Made by a program: the position numbers and the translations under genes. Below the pieces are notes generated by a model. The model had not been told where the DNA came from, made no database searches, and saw only the letters and a program-made list of their open reading frames with translations. 64,000 nucleotides of DNA. It comes from Paragordius varius. Its lineage: Eukaryota; Animalia; Nematomorpha. The stretch lies in the NCBI GenBank assembly GCA_964247055.1, contig OZ176051.1, positions 1,612,001-1,676,000 of the forward strand, read 5' to 3'. Below are positions 24,581-37,927 of this stretch, in pieces. The stretch's first letter is position 1. Every line of letters starts with the position of its first letter.

Positions 24581-25710
24581 TTAATTTCGAATTAACTTTA
24601 AAAATTCTTCACGTGTTTTTTGATTCTCACGAAATTCTCCCAACATTGCACTCGTGATTGTTTTGCTGTTGTACTTTTGGACGCCGCGCATAACCATACA
24701 CATGTGGCTTTTTTTATATTGATGGAAAAAAAATATTTAAAACCTCCTTCTTTTATTCAAACAAAATTTTGTAAAATTAATTATTAAAACAGAAACCTGG
24801 CTTCTATGACGACCCCAACCCCTTTTGGGTGTATCGCATCAGTGACAGCCAATGCAATTTGTTTTGTTAACCGTTCTTGAACTAATAAATAATAGATTGT
24901 AGTGTGATAATATGCATAGTTTTATACCTTGAAGTCTTCGGCTGAATATTTCTACTATCCGGGCCAATTTACTGATACCCAAAATTTTTTTATTGGGCAA
25001 ATATCCGATAGAAACCTAGAATTTATAAATAAAATTCCTATATTAAACCGATCCGATGAATGGAACCAAGTGATGTTCACAAAGGGAAAATAATTCAATA
25101 TCTTTCACAATGACCATCTCATCGTGGTTTTCATCAAAGATTGCTCCATTCAATATTTCTAAATTGATACATTGTGATATAAGTTACCTTTAAGGTCCTG
25201 ATCGTACCCCTGGGTAAAATAAGTGTAAGCTTTTGCAGCTCGTTCTGGCGTTTTTATCAGACCATCTCTGTACGGGTTTTCACCCAACGTGATTAACAGG
25301 TTACGAAATATATCGCTTAATGTATCGTTGACTAGAGACTTGGTGCGTTTGACTTTTATGTGAGTATCAAAAATTTCGGCTGTCTTATTCTTTTCATTGA
25401 CGACCGTATTATTGTGATTATCTGCCCCATGGAAAGAATCATCCAAACTATCTTCGCTCAAGTTATTATTTTTGTATTTCATGGCTTCAAAATTTGTTGG
25501 TTCGTTTAGGCGAATGGATGGAAGAGAGGAAGGTGTAGAATGTATTAAAAGTGTTTTAAACTCTTTTTCGCAATTATCTTTATTTGCGGAATTTGATTGA
25601 CAAAATGCAAGGTCATTTTTGTGTATGCTATTATTATTGATGTTATTGTCACCAGTAATTGAAGAACCCGGATAAAATGCGTCTTTATTGAGTATCATAT
25701 AATTATCCAT
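24581..25710 (-). CDS. GCH1: GTP cyclohydrolase I (310 aa)
   Basis: Exons 25710-25188, 25158-25049, 25015-24928, 24881-24797, 24707-24581 (introns 29, 33, 46, 89 nt). Motifs: [85 protein letters not shown]. Confidence 0.97.
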
Positions 25711-26254
25711 AAAAAAACACCGTTACTGTTTTTTTCATATATATAAATATAATAAATAATATTTTACATTGACAATAGATATATATATATTATAAATATA
25801 TAGTGGAGTGGATTGAATTAATTAAAGTATGATATAATAAAAAAATTTGGTTGTTTTTAAGTGTTATAATTATGCATAATTTAAGTGTGTGTATACGTAC
25901 GTATATGACATAAAAAATCGTGTGGTATTGTAACGCATAATCTTTCTTCCATCAAAAAACAAACAACTAAAGTATGTGTATAAAAACGGAAATAAATTAG
26001 GTGTAAATAACCTTACTTTACTAGTTGTAGCGCAAAATTTAATGGTTGTTTCTCTTAAAGTAGTTCTCGTAAATTGCTTATTATATATCCATTTAGTATA
26101 ACCTTCAAGAACTTTTTTTACTCGTAATTGTTTTTATAAACTTACCTGTTTGTCATGTTGTCCTTTATTTACAACAAAATTAACAATAGTAAATTTTCAT
26201 AAATCTCAATATTTATTTATGATTTATATTAATATAATTTGTAAATTAATAATA

Positions 26255-29200
26255 TCACACAGTTTTAAGTGCACCTCGTTTGGCTAGGAGGTCAGCGGCT
26301 TCGTTTCCTTTTATTCCAGTGTGGCCTCTTACGTGAACCTGATATATACATAACACAATTTTAAAATTTGATTATTATTAAAAAGCGAAAAATAATACCC
26401 ATTTTATGACAATATCACTTTGCATTTCATTGTAAATGGATTCGAGGTCGTTTCTATTTTTGACCGGATCGCCAGAGGAAGTTTTCCAATTGTTTTTCTT
26501 CCAGCCATGTATCCAATTAGTTAATGCTGTAAATATTAGGAAGGAATTGAAATGATAACTTTCATAATTTTTGATAAGACATTGATAAGATTTGAAATTA
26601 AAATTATGAACAAAATTTTAAAAACATTTTTGTCATAAGATTCTGATGATGTAATGTGTTTTAAAGATAGAAGAACGCTTTCAACAATTTATTTTATTAT
26701 AGTATAATGATTTTTAACTTCTATTGGCTTCCGGACAATCCACCATGATAGCTTTTTATTTACGTTTTATCTTTAATTATTAAGTCGCAGTGTGTAGAAA
26801 TTTATATATGGTGAAATTGATGATTTTACTTTAACAAACTTATATTACATTTATAATGTTCATTTTGATTCAGGTCTCTAAAAATTAACACCTATATATA
26901 TATATATATAGATGCCGCTAAAGCTATGCACTTTCAAACTTGTACACAAGCAATTTGAGTAGGCCAAAAGGTAACGTTTTATTTTTATCATTCAGTAATC
27001 ATGTCAAATGTTCCAGAAAAAGAACATTTGCGGCAATCATTGCTTTTCTCATTTCATCAGAAGAAAAAGTCTGTTGAAAGATATGGTAATCCATCAATTA
27101 AAACATGAAAATTACAAAGTTATGATTTCGATGTGAAAAAGAGTGGGCTATGCGAAGTAGATCAATGCAAGATTTTGGATAACTCAAGTCCAACTCAACG
27201 GCAATCGGTAGAAGCATTCCATACATCACAAAAAACAATCAATAGACGTCTACGAGCAATGGGAAAGATAAATAAACTCTGTTAATAAGTCCCACAAAAT
27301 TTGAATGAACGTCAATACTAAAATCGCAAAGTGAATTGTGAAATCATGCTTCTACGTCACGAAAGGCAAACATTTTTACAATGAATTGTGACGGGGTGTT
27401 TTTTGTAAATGCGAGGCGAAAAAATTTTAGATTTCACCTTACCAAGCCTATATCGCTCCTAAGAAGACCATGCTCTCTGTCTGGTGAGACATAAGCGGTT
27501 GTATTATGAACCTTTGAGGCCGGGTGAAACACCGTAATACACTATCCAACAATCGATTGATCCAAATCACGTATTAATCTAAAGTCGACCGGAATGCAGA
27601 AGACTGCTGGACAATGCTAAGTCTAAAAGAGCAAAACCAGCGAATATCCCCTTAAACTATCTGCGATGGAAAACTTTGCGTATCTGCTGTGCTCTCCTAA
27701 CCTCACCTATCTGAGTATTACCTCTTTGCATCAATGGGGCACACCCTGATAGAGCAGGACTGTAATATTTTCAAAGACAATATTAAATAGTGTGATTAAC
27801 CAGTTCGTTACCTGAAAATGGAGAAAAAAACTGCTTTTTAATCAAGATCCATTTCAAAACTTACTTTTTATAAACTAAGCTTATATTTTCATTGAAAGTA
27901 TAAGTATTTCAATATATTGCTAAATATTTTACTCAAAACCATATTTTATTTCTGCATTGCAGGTGATGAGCGAGTTTCACGTACACTACACAATTTATAT
28001 TATAAAAGTACAATGTTGGTATACCCATTCGAATACAATAAGATATTCGAGATAGAAGTTCCAATTTTTAAACTAAATATAAGCTTTAATATTGAATAAT
28101 AAATTATATTATATATGCGTATTTGCATAATGGTATTAAATGATTAAAACGCAAGGGATGGTAAGGATATATTTCTTGTTCATTTATATTTGAAATTCAT
28201 TTAATTTTTTGGCCCCAATTTTTTACCAAATTTTATTGAGTAGGAAATATTTCATTTGGACCAAGCGACGCGACACAGGGTACAACTAATATTAATTAAT
28301 AACTCAATTTAGGTAAAAAATTGAGAAAATTTCAAACCCACATTTTATTTTATTATATTAATATATTTTAAATTTATTAAAGCAATTTGAAAAGGTTAAC
28401 TTGTGCAGAATATATTATACATCTGTGGTAATAATGAAAACTTGTTTGATACCCTGTAATGATATAAAAACGGTCAGACAAGTTATTATTTTGAACAGGT
28501 CAAAAACTCAAAGCTAAATGCTAGAGCCATATTTTAAACTGTGAACCTATTGGGCAAAATATTTATGCCATAAAAATATTACAAATTATTGTAAATTGAA
28601 TACTAAATTGAACTATATTGCATAAGACATCTTTCGAAGGAGTGAAGGGGGGAGGATTTAATTATTTTTATGCGCACCGCACATTCAATTAAAACTTAAA
28701 AGTTTTATGCCAATATTGAGTAAGCAAAAAATTTTATATATATTCTAACATAATATTAAAGAAAAAAATCATCAACATAAATGGCAGAAAATTAAATCTC
28801 TTTTTTCAGACTTCCTTAATGTCTAAATTTTTAATAGACTTCCATAATTTTTTAATTAAATTTAAAATAAGTAAGGGTGTGATGACCGAATGAGACAATC
28901 AACAGTTCTTGCTATATTCAATAAATTTTGTTGTAAAATTAAATAAGTTATGGATTTGAAAATTCAGGTCAAAAAGTGTTTTCAAAATAACCCAATCCCT
29001 ATCTTAAACATTTAAAGTGATGAATTATTAGACTTCTATGGGATTTGAAGTAATAAATATGGCTTGTTAATATATATAAACGATAATACACGTTAATAAA
29101 CATTACATTAAGTCGGAGATATGTCAAAGATTATATATTTATTTTATGTTTTCATCCAAAGACCAAAACTAGACAATGTTAAATAAGTGCATGAGCAAAG

Positions 29201-29748
29201 TGCAAAAATATCAATAATTTTAACCTTTTTTTGTTTCAAATACGAAAAAATTTAAATTTAAATATAACCGTATATATTTATTACACCATATTAACAATTC
29301 ATTACCTTTTCACCTTTTTGACCAGGTATACATATTGGGGTATTTTTATATCCCAGAGCTCAATTTTGTAAATAAACTACAGTTTTAAAATTATCTCATG
29401 CATTAGATAAAAAAGCTTAAAAGTTATGGCATCTTGATGGTAAAATGTAGCTTAAAAGCATTTTAAAGCTAATAATTAACATTTTCTAATTATACATTTT
29501 TTGTTGCATTAGCTATTCCAAAAAATTTATAGAAAAAATGGGGGCAAAAAATTTTGAGATGAGGATTTTTTACAAATTTAACATTTTTTAAAAATCTTTT
29601 TTGTATAATTCAGCTAAAAGGCTAAAGATATATTTTTAAATTCGTACTGCCATAAATATTTTGAGGAATTCAGATTTCAAATCACTCTGGGATATGAACC
29701 AAAAGAAGTTAAAAGTGCGAATTAATTTGAAATTTAGTTATTGATTCA

Positions 29749-29782
<34 letters not shown>

Positions 29783-30593
29783 ATATCGGGAAGTTATTAT
29801 ATCTATAGGTTTTATACCATTAATTAAAGTTCATCTCGAATAAGATGTAGGGTAACAATTCCTTATAATCTATCTCAACAGTTTTTGGTTTATTTTTTTT
29901 TAAAAAAGATTATTTATAAGATTATTTATCTTTCGTATGATTACCTGTACATAAAATATATGAACAAGCAATTTTTGCACAAACTATATCATTCAGTGTG
30001 TTTATATAAACCACTTACAATTGATAAGCAATTGGCTATCTGTATGAATGGCTAGATGTGATATTCCAAGTTTTTTGGCTTGAAGGATGGCTGAATGAGC
30101 TGCCTTTATTTCTGCTTTATTATTTGTGGGAATTGAATTATTTGAATCAAGTTCAAGTGGTTCGCTAATATTGTTAGGATTTCGAGGGCCCCAAAAAACG
30201 CCAATACCTGCTTTTGCTCCATTCTGACCGTTGGAAAAACAACAACCATCAACATAAACCCTTTTGTACTCTATATATACTTTATCAGAAATAAACTAGA
30301 TTTTTTTGGCGTAGCTTTGGGACTGATTTTAGTTAAAGTCGATTCGGTAGTGTTAGATTGTGAAACTATAAAATTTTCAGCATCTTGTTTCGATTCAAAT
30401 TTTTTGAATACTGCATTGGAATAACCTTTAACCATTTTTTGACATTGACCCCTAAAACTATATAGATATAATACCATGTATCATATATTCCAGGCTTATA
30501 ACCTTCTCTGACTGCATAAAAAGGCATGTTTTTAAACAATTTAAAGCCAATACTATAAAGAGAAAGTTCGCATAATTTTGAAACTATACTCAT
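26255..30593 (-). CDS. RNASEH1: Ribonuclease H1 (hybrid-binding domain + RNase H domain)
   Basis: Exons 30527 (or upstream in-frame ATG 30593)-30475, 30451-30297, 30270-30019, 26526-26399, 26338-26255. Motifs: MPFYAVREGYKPGIYDTW, AVFKKF, VYVDGCC, TNNKAEI, IHTDSQ, WIHGWKKNNWKT, HVRGHTGIKGNEAADLLAKRGA. Confidence 0.96.
26940..27880 (+). mobile_element. Decayed mariner (Mos1-like) transposase in RNASEH1 intron 3, antisense to the host gene
   Basis: MSNVPEKEHLRQSLLFSFHQKKK at 27001, then WIVTG, TMLSVWWD-like, LRPGET, LLDNA and SEYYLFASMGH segments, interrupted by stops and frameshifts. Confidence 0.8.
27950..28292 (+). mobile_element. Possible second Helitron-like remnant (related reverse copy ~30780-31180)
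   Basis: 3' GC-rich segment cgacgcgacacagggtacaactaat resembles a Helitron hairpin followed by a CTRR end. A similar segment occurs inverted at ~30785-30810. Confidence 0.3.
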
Positions 30594-31319
30594 ATGAATC
30601 CAACATTTAAAAGCGGTATCAGATGTGCTACTCGTCCCAAAGCTTCTGTAGTTATAAAAGAATATTTAAAGCAAAATAAACCTATTTGGACGTCCTTTTT
30701 TATAAAACAATCACAAGTTTTAAAACGGTATATATTAGGTAATTAATGATCAATTTGCTATGTCCTGTTTTAATTTAAAGATTGATGATATTAATTATCA
30801 AATAAACCGCATCGCGTGTTACCCTTATATCAAATATCATTGCTCAAAAACAATCGAACAAAATTTAAATGTGTATAACACATTTTACAATGTGATTAAA
30901 TGTATAAATTTAGGTATTGTATAGTTTATTTTTAGGTATCCCTTGTTTTGTTTATGGATTTATCGCATATTTTTTCATAAAACACGTTGAATATTTTAAC
31001 TGCACTTTCTACAAAAATAATCAACAACATAAAGCTACTATAAACATTTATTATTTGTATAAGGAAAATAAAAATTCTATCTATTAATTGTAATTAAAGA
31101 TCTATTTTGGATAATTATTATGATCACCATCGAAATAAGCCATCCCATGCATAAAACGGTACGAATCATCCTGTAAGAAAATTAAAATATTAATACATTT
31201 AGATGAATAAAATATTGTCTAATATATAACATATTAATACATTTAGATGAATAAAATATTGTCTAATATATTTTATATCTATAAATTATAAAATTTTAAA
31301 TTCTTAAAAAATTTAATTA

Positions 31320-34300
31320 TTATACTGCATATGGCATTTGTGGTTGCCCCATATTTGGTTCTTGCATCATCGCATTTTGCATATTAGTAGCGTTTTGGGG
31401 CTGTACAAACGTGAGAGGATTATTTGAAACCACAAGCTGTGGTGGAGGGTTAAAGTGTGGAACAGAACCAATATTATTCGTATTTGCCGTGTTGTTATTA
31501 TTATTAGCATATAGGAGAGGTGTTGAGGACAAGTTTCCAGCATTGGGAACAAACATACCACCAGCACCACCTGCTCCTCCACTTAACAAGAAATTGGTGA
31601 AATTTGTGAGAAAGGTTTGATAGAAAGCTGAGATCGCAGCCGGATTCCCCAAATCTATATTGGGGGTCGGCCAACAAGGCATCACATCATTTCCTAATCC
31701 TACTCCTGGAGTGTTGTTCAGTTCAGAACTCATCATCATTCCATTGTTGTGGTTGGCTGTTGAAGAAATCATGGCAGGAACCGCAGCATATAAATTGCTT
31801 TCAGAAGGGACAAACGATTTCCGATTATAATTTGTTCCATTATTCAATTTTTTGGTTTCTCGCGATACATTAATACGTTGACGAGGCCCAGGTCCATGTT
31901 GATATTCTGTGTTTATTTGAATTTGTTGCCTTTGGGGAGCTTGATTCAACATTCTTTGATTGATTGACCTACTGACTACATTTAAGAAAAAAAAAACGAA
32001 ATGGATAAATGTATCAAACAAAAATAAAGCTATATTAGGCAAATTTATTTTGATTATTATTATTAAATATATAATCTGTAATAGTTTCAGAATAAATCAC
32101 ACATTGTATATTTTGGCCATTAGGTCGTCTGTTTTGCGGTTGAAGGGATCTTTGGTGTGTTAAAGGTTGTGATGGTTTTGTATCTAAAAATTTTAATAAA
32201 ATATTTACAACGACAATAAATACCATCATTTATGAGTGGGTATTGATATTTTCATAAAATAATTATCAGTTTTTGTATCAAAATAAAAAACTATGTGATA
32301 ACTTATTATTATAGCGTTCCCAGTAGATTGCCCAAAAACAAGGCAACTCTCAATATTTAATATCTCTATATCACATACTAATGAAATAAATTAACAATGT
32401 CATTTAATTTATAGCAGTTTTGGATAGTATGATATCAATATTAAAAACGCCATAACAACACGAACACATCAAGCTTGGGCCAAATTCCACCAACTCAAGT
32501 ATATAATGAAACACAAACACATTTCAAACCCAAACAAGGGGAAAATCCACATGAATGCCATTCGCCTGCCCTCACATATGCTAGCGAATGTTGGCCCTTA
32601 AATCAAGCTAATGAAAATAAATTATATAGAAATAGAAAGAAAAATTCTCAACTCATGTCTTACCAATCAGTACCACAATGATAAAACAAATAATAATAAA
32701 AGTATACATAGTCTGTTTCATATCACACCTGAGCAAATCGTCTCATGTACTAAGGCCACATTGAATTGAACGCTCAAATGGTTGGATTATCAAAATTAAA
32801 TCCTTTCATCCAAACGGCAATTTAAGACGAGGCAGACCATATTATGATTGGGAAAAAACAATCAGCCATGAATTAAACTTAACTCAAAATTGACCAAAGA
32901 CGACTGTCTCGATCGCAAGTTATTTCGCTCAAAAATATGGAAGCTAGCTACTGTTGGAGAAACGATGACTCGATGATGATTAAATAAAGAATATAGGTTA
33001 TGATAAAATAGACACATGATTTGATTGATAAAAATTAAAAACAAAAAAAAGGGTAAAGGATTAAATAATTAAACTTATTATCTGAGTTTATTATATTTCT
33101 ATGAAGTGAAGAAAATTAAAAATCTAAAGCATTCCAAAAGAAGCATATAAGGTTAATTATGATGGATTTAACCTAAAGTTTTTAAGTATTAAAAGTAATG
33201 CTAATACCTATTCTCAGTGCTTATAATGGTATGTTTTTGGAAGAAAGCGTATAAATAAAAAAGTATGAAAAGATATGATATAAAATAAAATTGGCTCTTT
33301 ATTTCATGGTGTTAAATCCAATAATGTTTAAAAAGGAAAGAGATAAATATCCACCTTATAGAAAATATATATAATTAAAAAATTAATAGCGTTTAACATC
33401 ATAAATTTGTTATGTCCAATTTAGATTATAAAATTGTTGCCCTTGTTTATATGTTTCTTTAACCATTTATCTGAACTAAATAATAAACTAAAAAGGTTCT
33501 AAAAATGATCGACAAAGTTAATTAATTTCAAACTTACATTTCAATTTAGCTTTTCGGGTAAGATATTAATCAAAAATATGGTAAATTGCTAAATTACTGT
33601 TTTTGGGTGCGTAAGGACGCACAGCTCCCCGAGGATAGGCCATGAGTGTTTCAGGTTCATTTTTAGACCATTTTTCAGAATTATTATATTGGTTATTATG
33701 GTTGCTGTCATACTTTTTATAAGTATCATAATTATTATTGGCTTGGCCTGATAATATTCGTTGATTATAAATCTTATTTTGTGGTGTATCTCTAAAATTA
33801 TGGAGTTGATTTCTAGAAAAATAATTGTTATTTTGGCGTCTTTCAAAAGTATTTGCGTTTTTGCCATAATTATTCGAAGCTGATAAATCTAATTTCATCC
33901 CACTGTCTTTTAGGTTAAACGTTTCGTGATTTTTACGATTAGGGTTTCGATCAATATTAGAATAATTATTCCTATTACTATATATTAAAGTTTTAAAATA
34001 CCGATCGTTTCGTTGATTTTGGTTGTTAAAATTTCTTCTATAATGTTTTTCACGCTCAAAATACAGGTCATGCGACCATTTTTTATCATCAATATTAGAT
34101 TTTCTAGATCTTTTATTATAATAAAAAAAATACTCTTTAATGGTAGTGTCATTTCCATTGGTTTCCCTTAGGTCATGTAAAAAATATGAGCCTCTTGGAG
34201 GGTTAGGTGGTGCAATAATTTTACTGTCTTCTGGTTCATTTAAAGATTTTTGGCTGTTTATAGAGGATAAACTTCCAGCCTGATTAATTTTGTTTTCCTC

Positions 34301-34438
34301 TATAGAAACTTGTGATGCTAGATCATCATCTTCTAACGACAAAATATTTAATTTGTTTGTCAAATCTGGATTTGATATTTTGCCCTCCAAATATATAATA
34401 TCGGTAAGCTTCTCGTCAAGTAATACTCCTTGGCTCAT
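31320..34438 (-). CDS. CASC3: CASC3/MLN51/Barentsz-like exon-junction-complex protein
   Basis: Exons 34438-34134, 34109-33598, 32183-32103, 31975-31320, phase-consistent. The Btz/SELOR motif PPNPPRGSYFLHDLR...KWSHDLY is followed by an N/R-rich region and a P/Q/N-rich tail. The start codon is uncertain. Confidence 0.75.
32400..32860 (+). mobile_element. RTE-type LINE 3' fragment in a CASC3 intron
   Basis: ITTRTHQAWAKFHQLK followed by PALTYASECWPL...ENKL, typical of the post-RT region of RTE elements. Confidence 0.7.
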
Positions 34439-34849
34439 CGGGCTAATATTAATTAACAGTCATATGATTTAATTAATGTATATGCCAGTTTTTTAGGTTG
34501 CATCATCGGAGTTCAGAGGATAAAAAAGAGTATCAAATTAATATGTGCTTTCTCCGTATTAAATAATTAAAAATAATGTATCTATGTTTAAAATTTTTTA
34601 TGATACAAATCAATAAAATTGCATGGAAAATTATTGATGTAATAGTTACAAATACTTTTTTTGTTAAAACAGAGTGCAACTCGGGGTGTCATTTCATAAA
34701 CTTTTGTATCAATTTCTCAATATTAAAAATGTAAGAAATTAATGTATCTTAAATAGAATACACATTTTTATTAAATTCAAGGTATAACCAAAACAATATA
34801 AAAACCTGGAAGAATATTTGCCTTATAGGAAGAGGTATTATTTTAAACC

Positions 34850-35833
34850 GATTCTAATTCTAAATACCCCAGACTAAATTTGAGTTTGAGTTTTTAAATA
34901 ACTAGGAAACGGTCCCAATATAAATTTATGCTTCTATCCTAATAAAAATTATAAAAAAAGCCTAAATCTCTATAATATTTTGATTTGAAAAAACAGTTCC
35001 ATGTCAAATTACTTCGACGCCATTTTTATTTTACAAAATTTTCGCAAAAATTAGCCTTCATTCAATTTTGGTAAAATTAAAGCTGACTTTATTTGAATCA
35101 CATCTAACATTGATAGAAATAGACAAAGTGGTTTATTTTGTATTATTTTTCAATTTTACCATTGCATACATGTCATGTTGACGAAATTTTTACCTTTCGG
35201 TTTTAGCTTAATATAAGTAATATCAGGCATTTTTGAATAAAATTATTAATATATTTCGGTTTATCAACACTTCGATTTAATTGGGGTATTTAAATACCCC
35301 AGACTAAATTTAAATTAACATTTTTAAAAACTGCTAAAAAACGGTCCAGATTTAAATTCAGGCTGTCTATCCTAATAAATAAAAAAAGCCTAAATATCTA
35401 TAATATTTTGATTTGAAAAAAGAGTTCCATGTCAAATTACTTCGACGCCATTTTTATTTTACAAAATTTTTGCAAAATACCGTGTTTATTTGATTCTAAA
35501 GTTAAATCAAAGCTAATTTTTTATTTAAATTTTATTTAACATTGATAAAAATAGAACAAGTGGTTTATTTTGTATTATTTTTTAATTTTGCAAATTCACA
35601 TATCTTACGTTAACTAAATTTTTACCTTCGCGTTTTACATTAAAAGTATTTTTAACTATTTTTGAATAAAATATTTTATATATTTTGATTTATAATGTTA
35701 TATGGGTGCAAAATTTTGCCATAGTTTTGATTCCTTCCATATTTTTAAAAGTATTTAAATTTAAACAGGCCTTGGGTATTTAACTACCCCAATTTAAATC
35801 GAAGGACTGAAATGAATGTGTTGTATTTTAGTG
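34850..35833. mobile_element. Two family P MITE copies: partial 34850-35267 and complete 35268-35833
   Basis: The second copy starts cacttcgatttaattggggtatttaaataccccag and ends gactgaaatgaatgtgttgtattttagtg|TTAA. Confidence 0.85.
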
Positions 35834-37927
35834 TTAAGTTAACAAAAAATGCCCGAGATTACGCCTTAATAACTTACATATGTTAAGACATCCCCAGAGA
35901 ATTTTGAATGCATACTTTGGCTAAAATTAATATTTCACCAGGTTATTTATACTTTTACGATATTTTTACCACTTTATTGCCATACACAGTGTCCACAAAA
36001 AATATTGATGAAAATATATTCTGACAGGAAAATCTATCGTGATCATCATGGTGCTTTTAGTTTTAACCCAAACGATTTAAGCACTTATTTACAATTTTTT
36101 GGTAAGTGCTCCGTATCAACAAGAAAGAGTGTTTTTTATGTCTTAAAGCGTTTTTATACCGTTTCTATCATGCATCAAATTAGTTGGAACGCTTAAACAA
36201 GATTTCACTAAAAATTAATTTTTTGAAAAAAAGCATGCATTTTTTTAAAATATTTTCAAATATCGAGATTTACCATATATTTAATATTTTCGTGTAATCT
36301 CGACGTTTGGGGTATATTTTAAGAGAGCTGATTTTCGAAGAGCAAGCAAATTTCGGAGTTTCAGACAATCTAAAAAATTAATTTTAACAATATTGTTTGC
36401 CTTTTATATGTAATTTATGAATATTAGTGGTATATTTGGAATGAAGCATATATTTTATATTTTAAAAAGATAATGCAACAGACAAATAAATGTAGGGTTT
36501 GAAAATGTAAATTAAAAATAGCTTTCAGGCTGCATTTTAGTAGCAACTTGATATATTTTGATTTTTAAATTAGGTGTTCGTTTTAATCGTGTTTTGGAGC
36601 CGTCCAAATTTTAGACTCTGAAAATGAAAAAACTCTTAATAATGTTGGCTTTTTATTACATGAAAATAATGATAGATAATTAAATTTTAACTAAAACAAC
36701 TTTCCAAATAGAAGTTTACAAAATGAGCTTTTGGGTATAAAAACTACCCCTCAATGTAAACTAGGAAATAAATGAAAAGAATGAAGTGTTAAATCACTCG
36801 TAAGGACCGACAAAAGCACCATGATAATCCTGAGACATTTTTCTATCAGAATATATATATTTCATCAGGTTATATTTTATACCCCCGATTTCGACTAAGT
36901 GAAATGGACAAGTCAATAGAAGGAAAGAGCCGAGATTTTCTATAAAAATTTTTAACAATGATAGAATTAGAACTAAAAAGAATATTTTTGAGAAAATGCA
37001 TATTTGTTTATAAATTTAATTCTCAACAAAAAAATTCTGAAGTGTACTTCATGCTATTCTTAAGCATATTAAAAACGTAAAAACGCGTCTAAGCTTTTTT
37101 TTATAAAATTCAAAGATGCTAAACATTTCCCTGACAATTTTATTACAGTTTCATTTTCTACGGCGATGACCTTTTGGGCTAGTTTTCTATCATAAAGATT
37201 AAAGTAGTTAGCAAACCTGTTAATATTTTCACTAAAAATTAGTTAATAACCCTCTGATAAATAACTTAGATTTATTGCAGTTTTTTAGTTTCTAGAGTCC
37301 TGTTTTCAGATAGAAACGAAATTCAATTAAAACAAACAGCTGACTTAAAATCTATGCTGGTGATTTCAATTATGAATTTCTAAAGTTGTTTATTAATTTT
37401 TCCAATTATTTTATATATTTATTTAACTATATTAATCACGACTCAAAAAGTTTATAGGAAAAATAGCGGCGAGAAAGTTTTACATGAAAATTTAATGAAA
37501 CTTTACATTTATTTGAAAAAATTTGTATCAAGCGCCTAAAAGGCTAAAGTAAGAATATTTTTAAATTTGGCCCCATACGAAAAATATTTTTTAGATATCT
37601 AAATTTTAAATGGCCCTGATATAACCCAAAAAAGTTCATGAAGTATCAAAGGACGTTTGCTGTCAAATTTATCTGGGGTTTCTTAAAGTAACAATTTATA
37701 TTTTACATAAATTTTAAGACGGTAAAATATTTTAATAACTGATGTGATAGAAATGTTCAAAATCATGGAATCATATAGAAAAAGTGTTTTTATAATTTCT
37801 AAAGTGTATTTGTCCATTATGCCTCAAAATAATATGAAGTACGCTTCAAGAAAATTAAGCTAAAAAATAAATTTTTCAAAAGTATTCATTTTTTCAAATA
37901 TGTGTCTTTTATACCATAATCTAGTAT

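Noticed and set aside
31177-31271. 44-bp tandem duplication, and (TA)n tracts at ~2040, 26895, 29755, 43197, 50795, 57097 and 61871
   Set aside because: These are ordinary slippage products with no sign of function.
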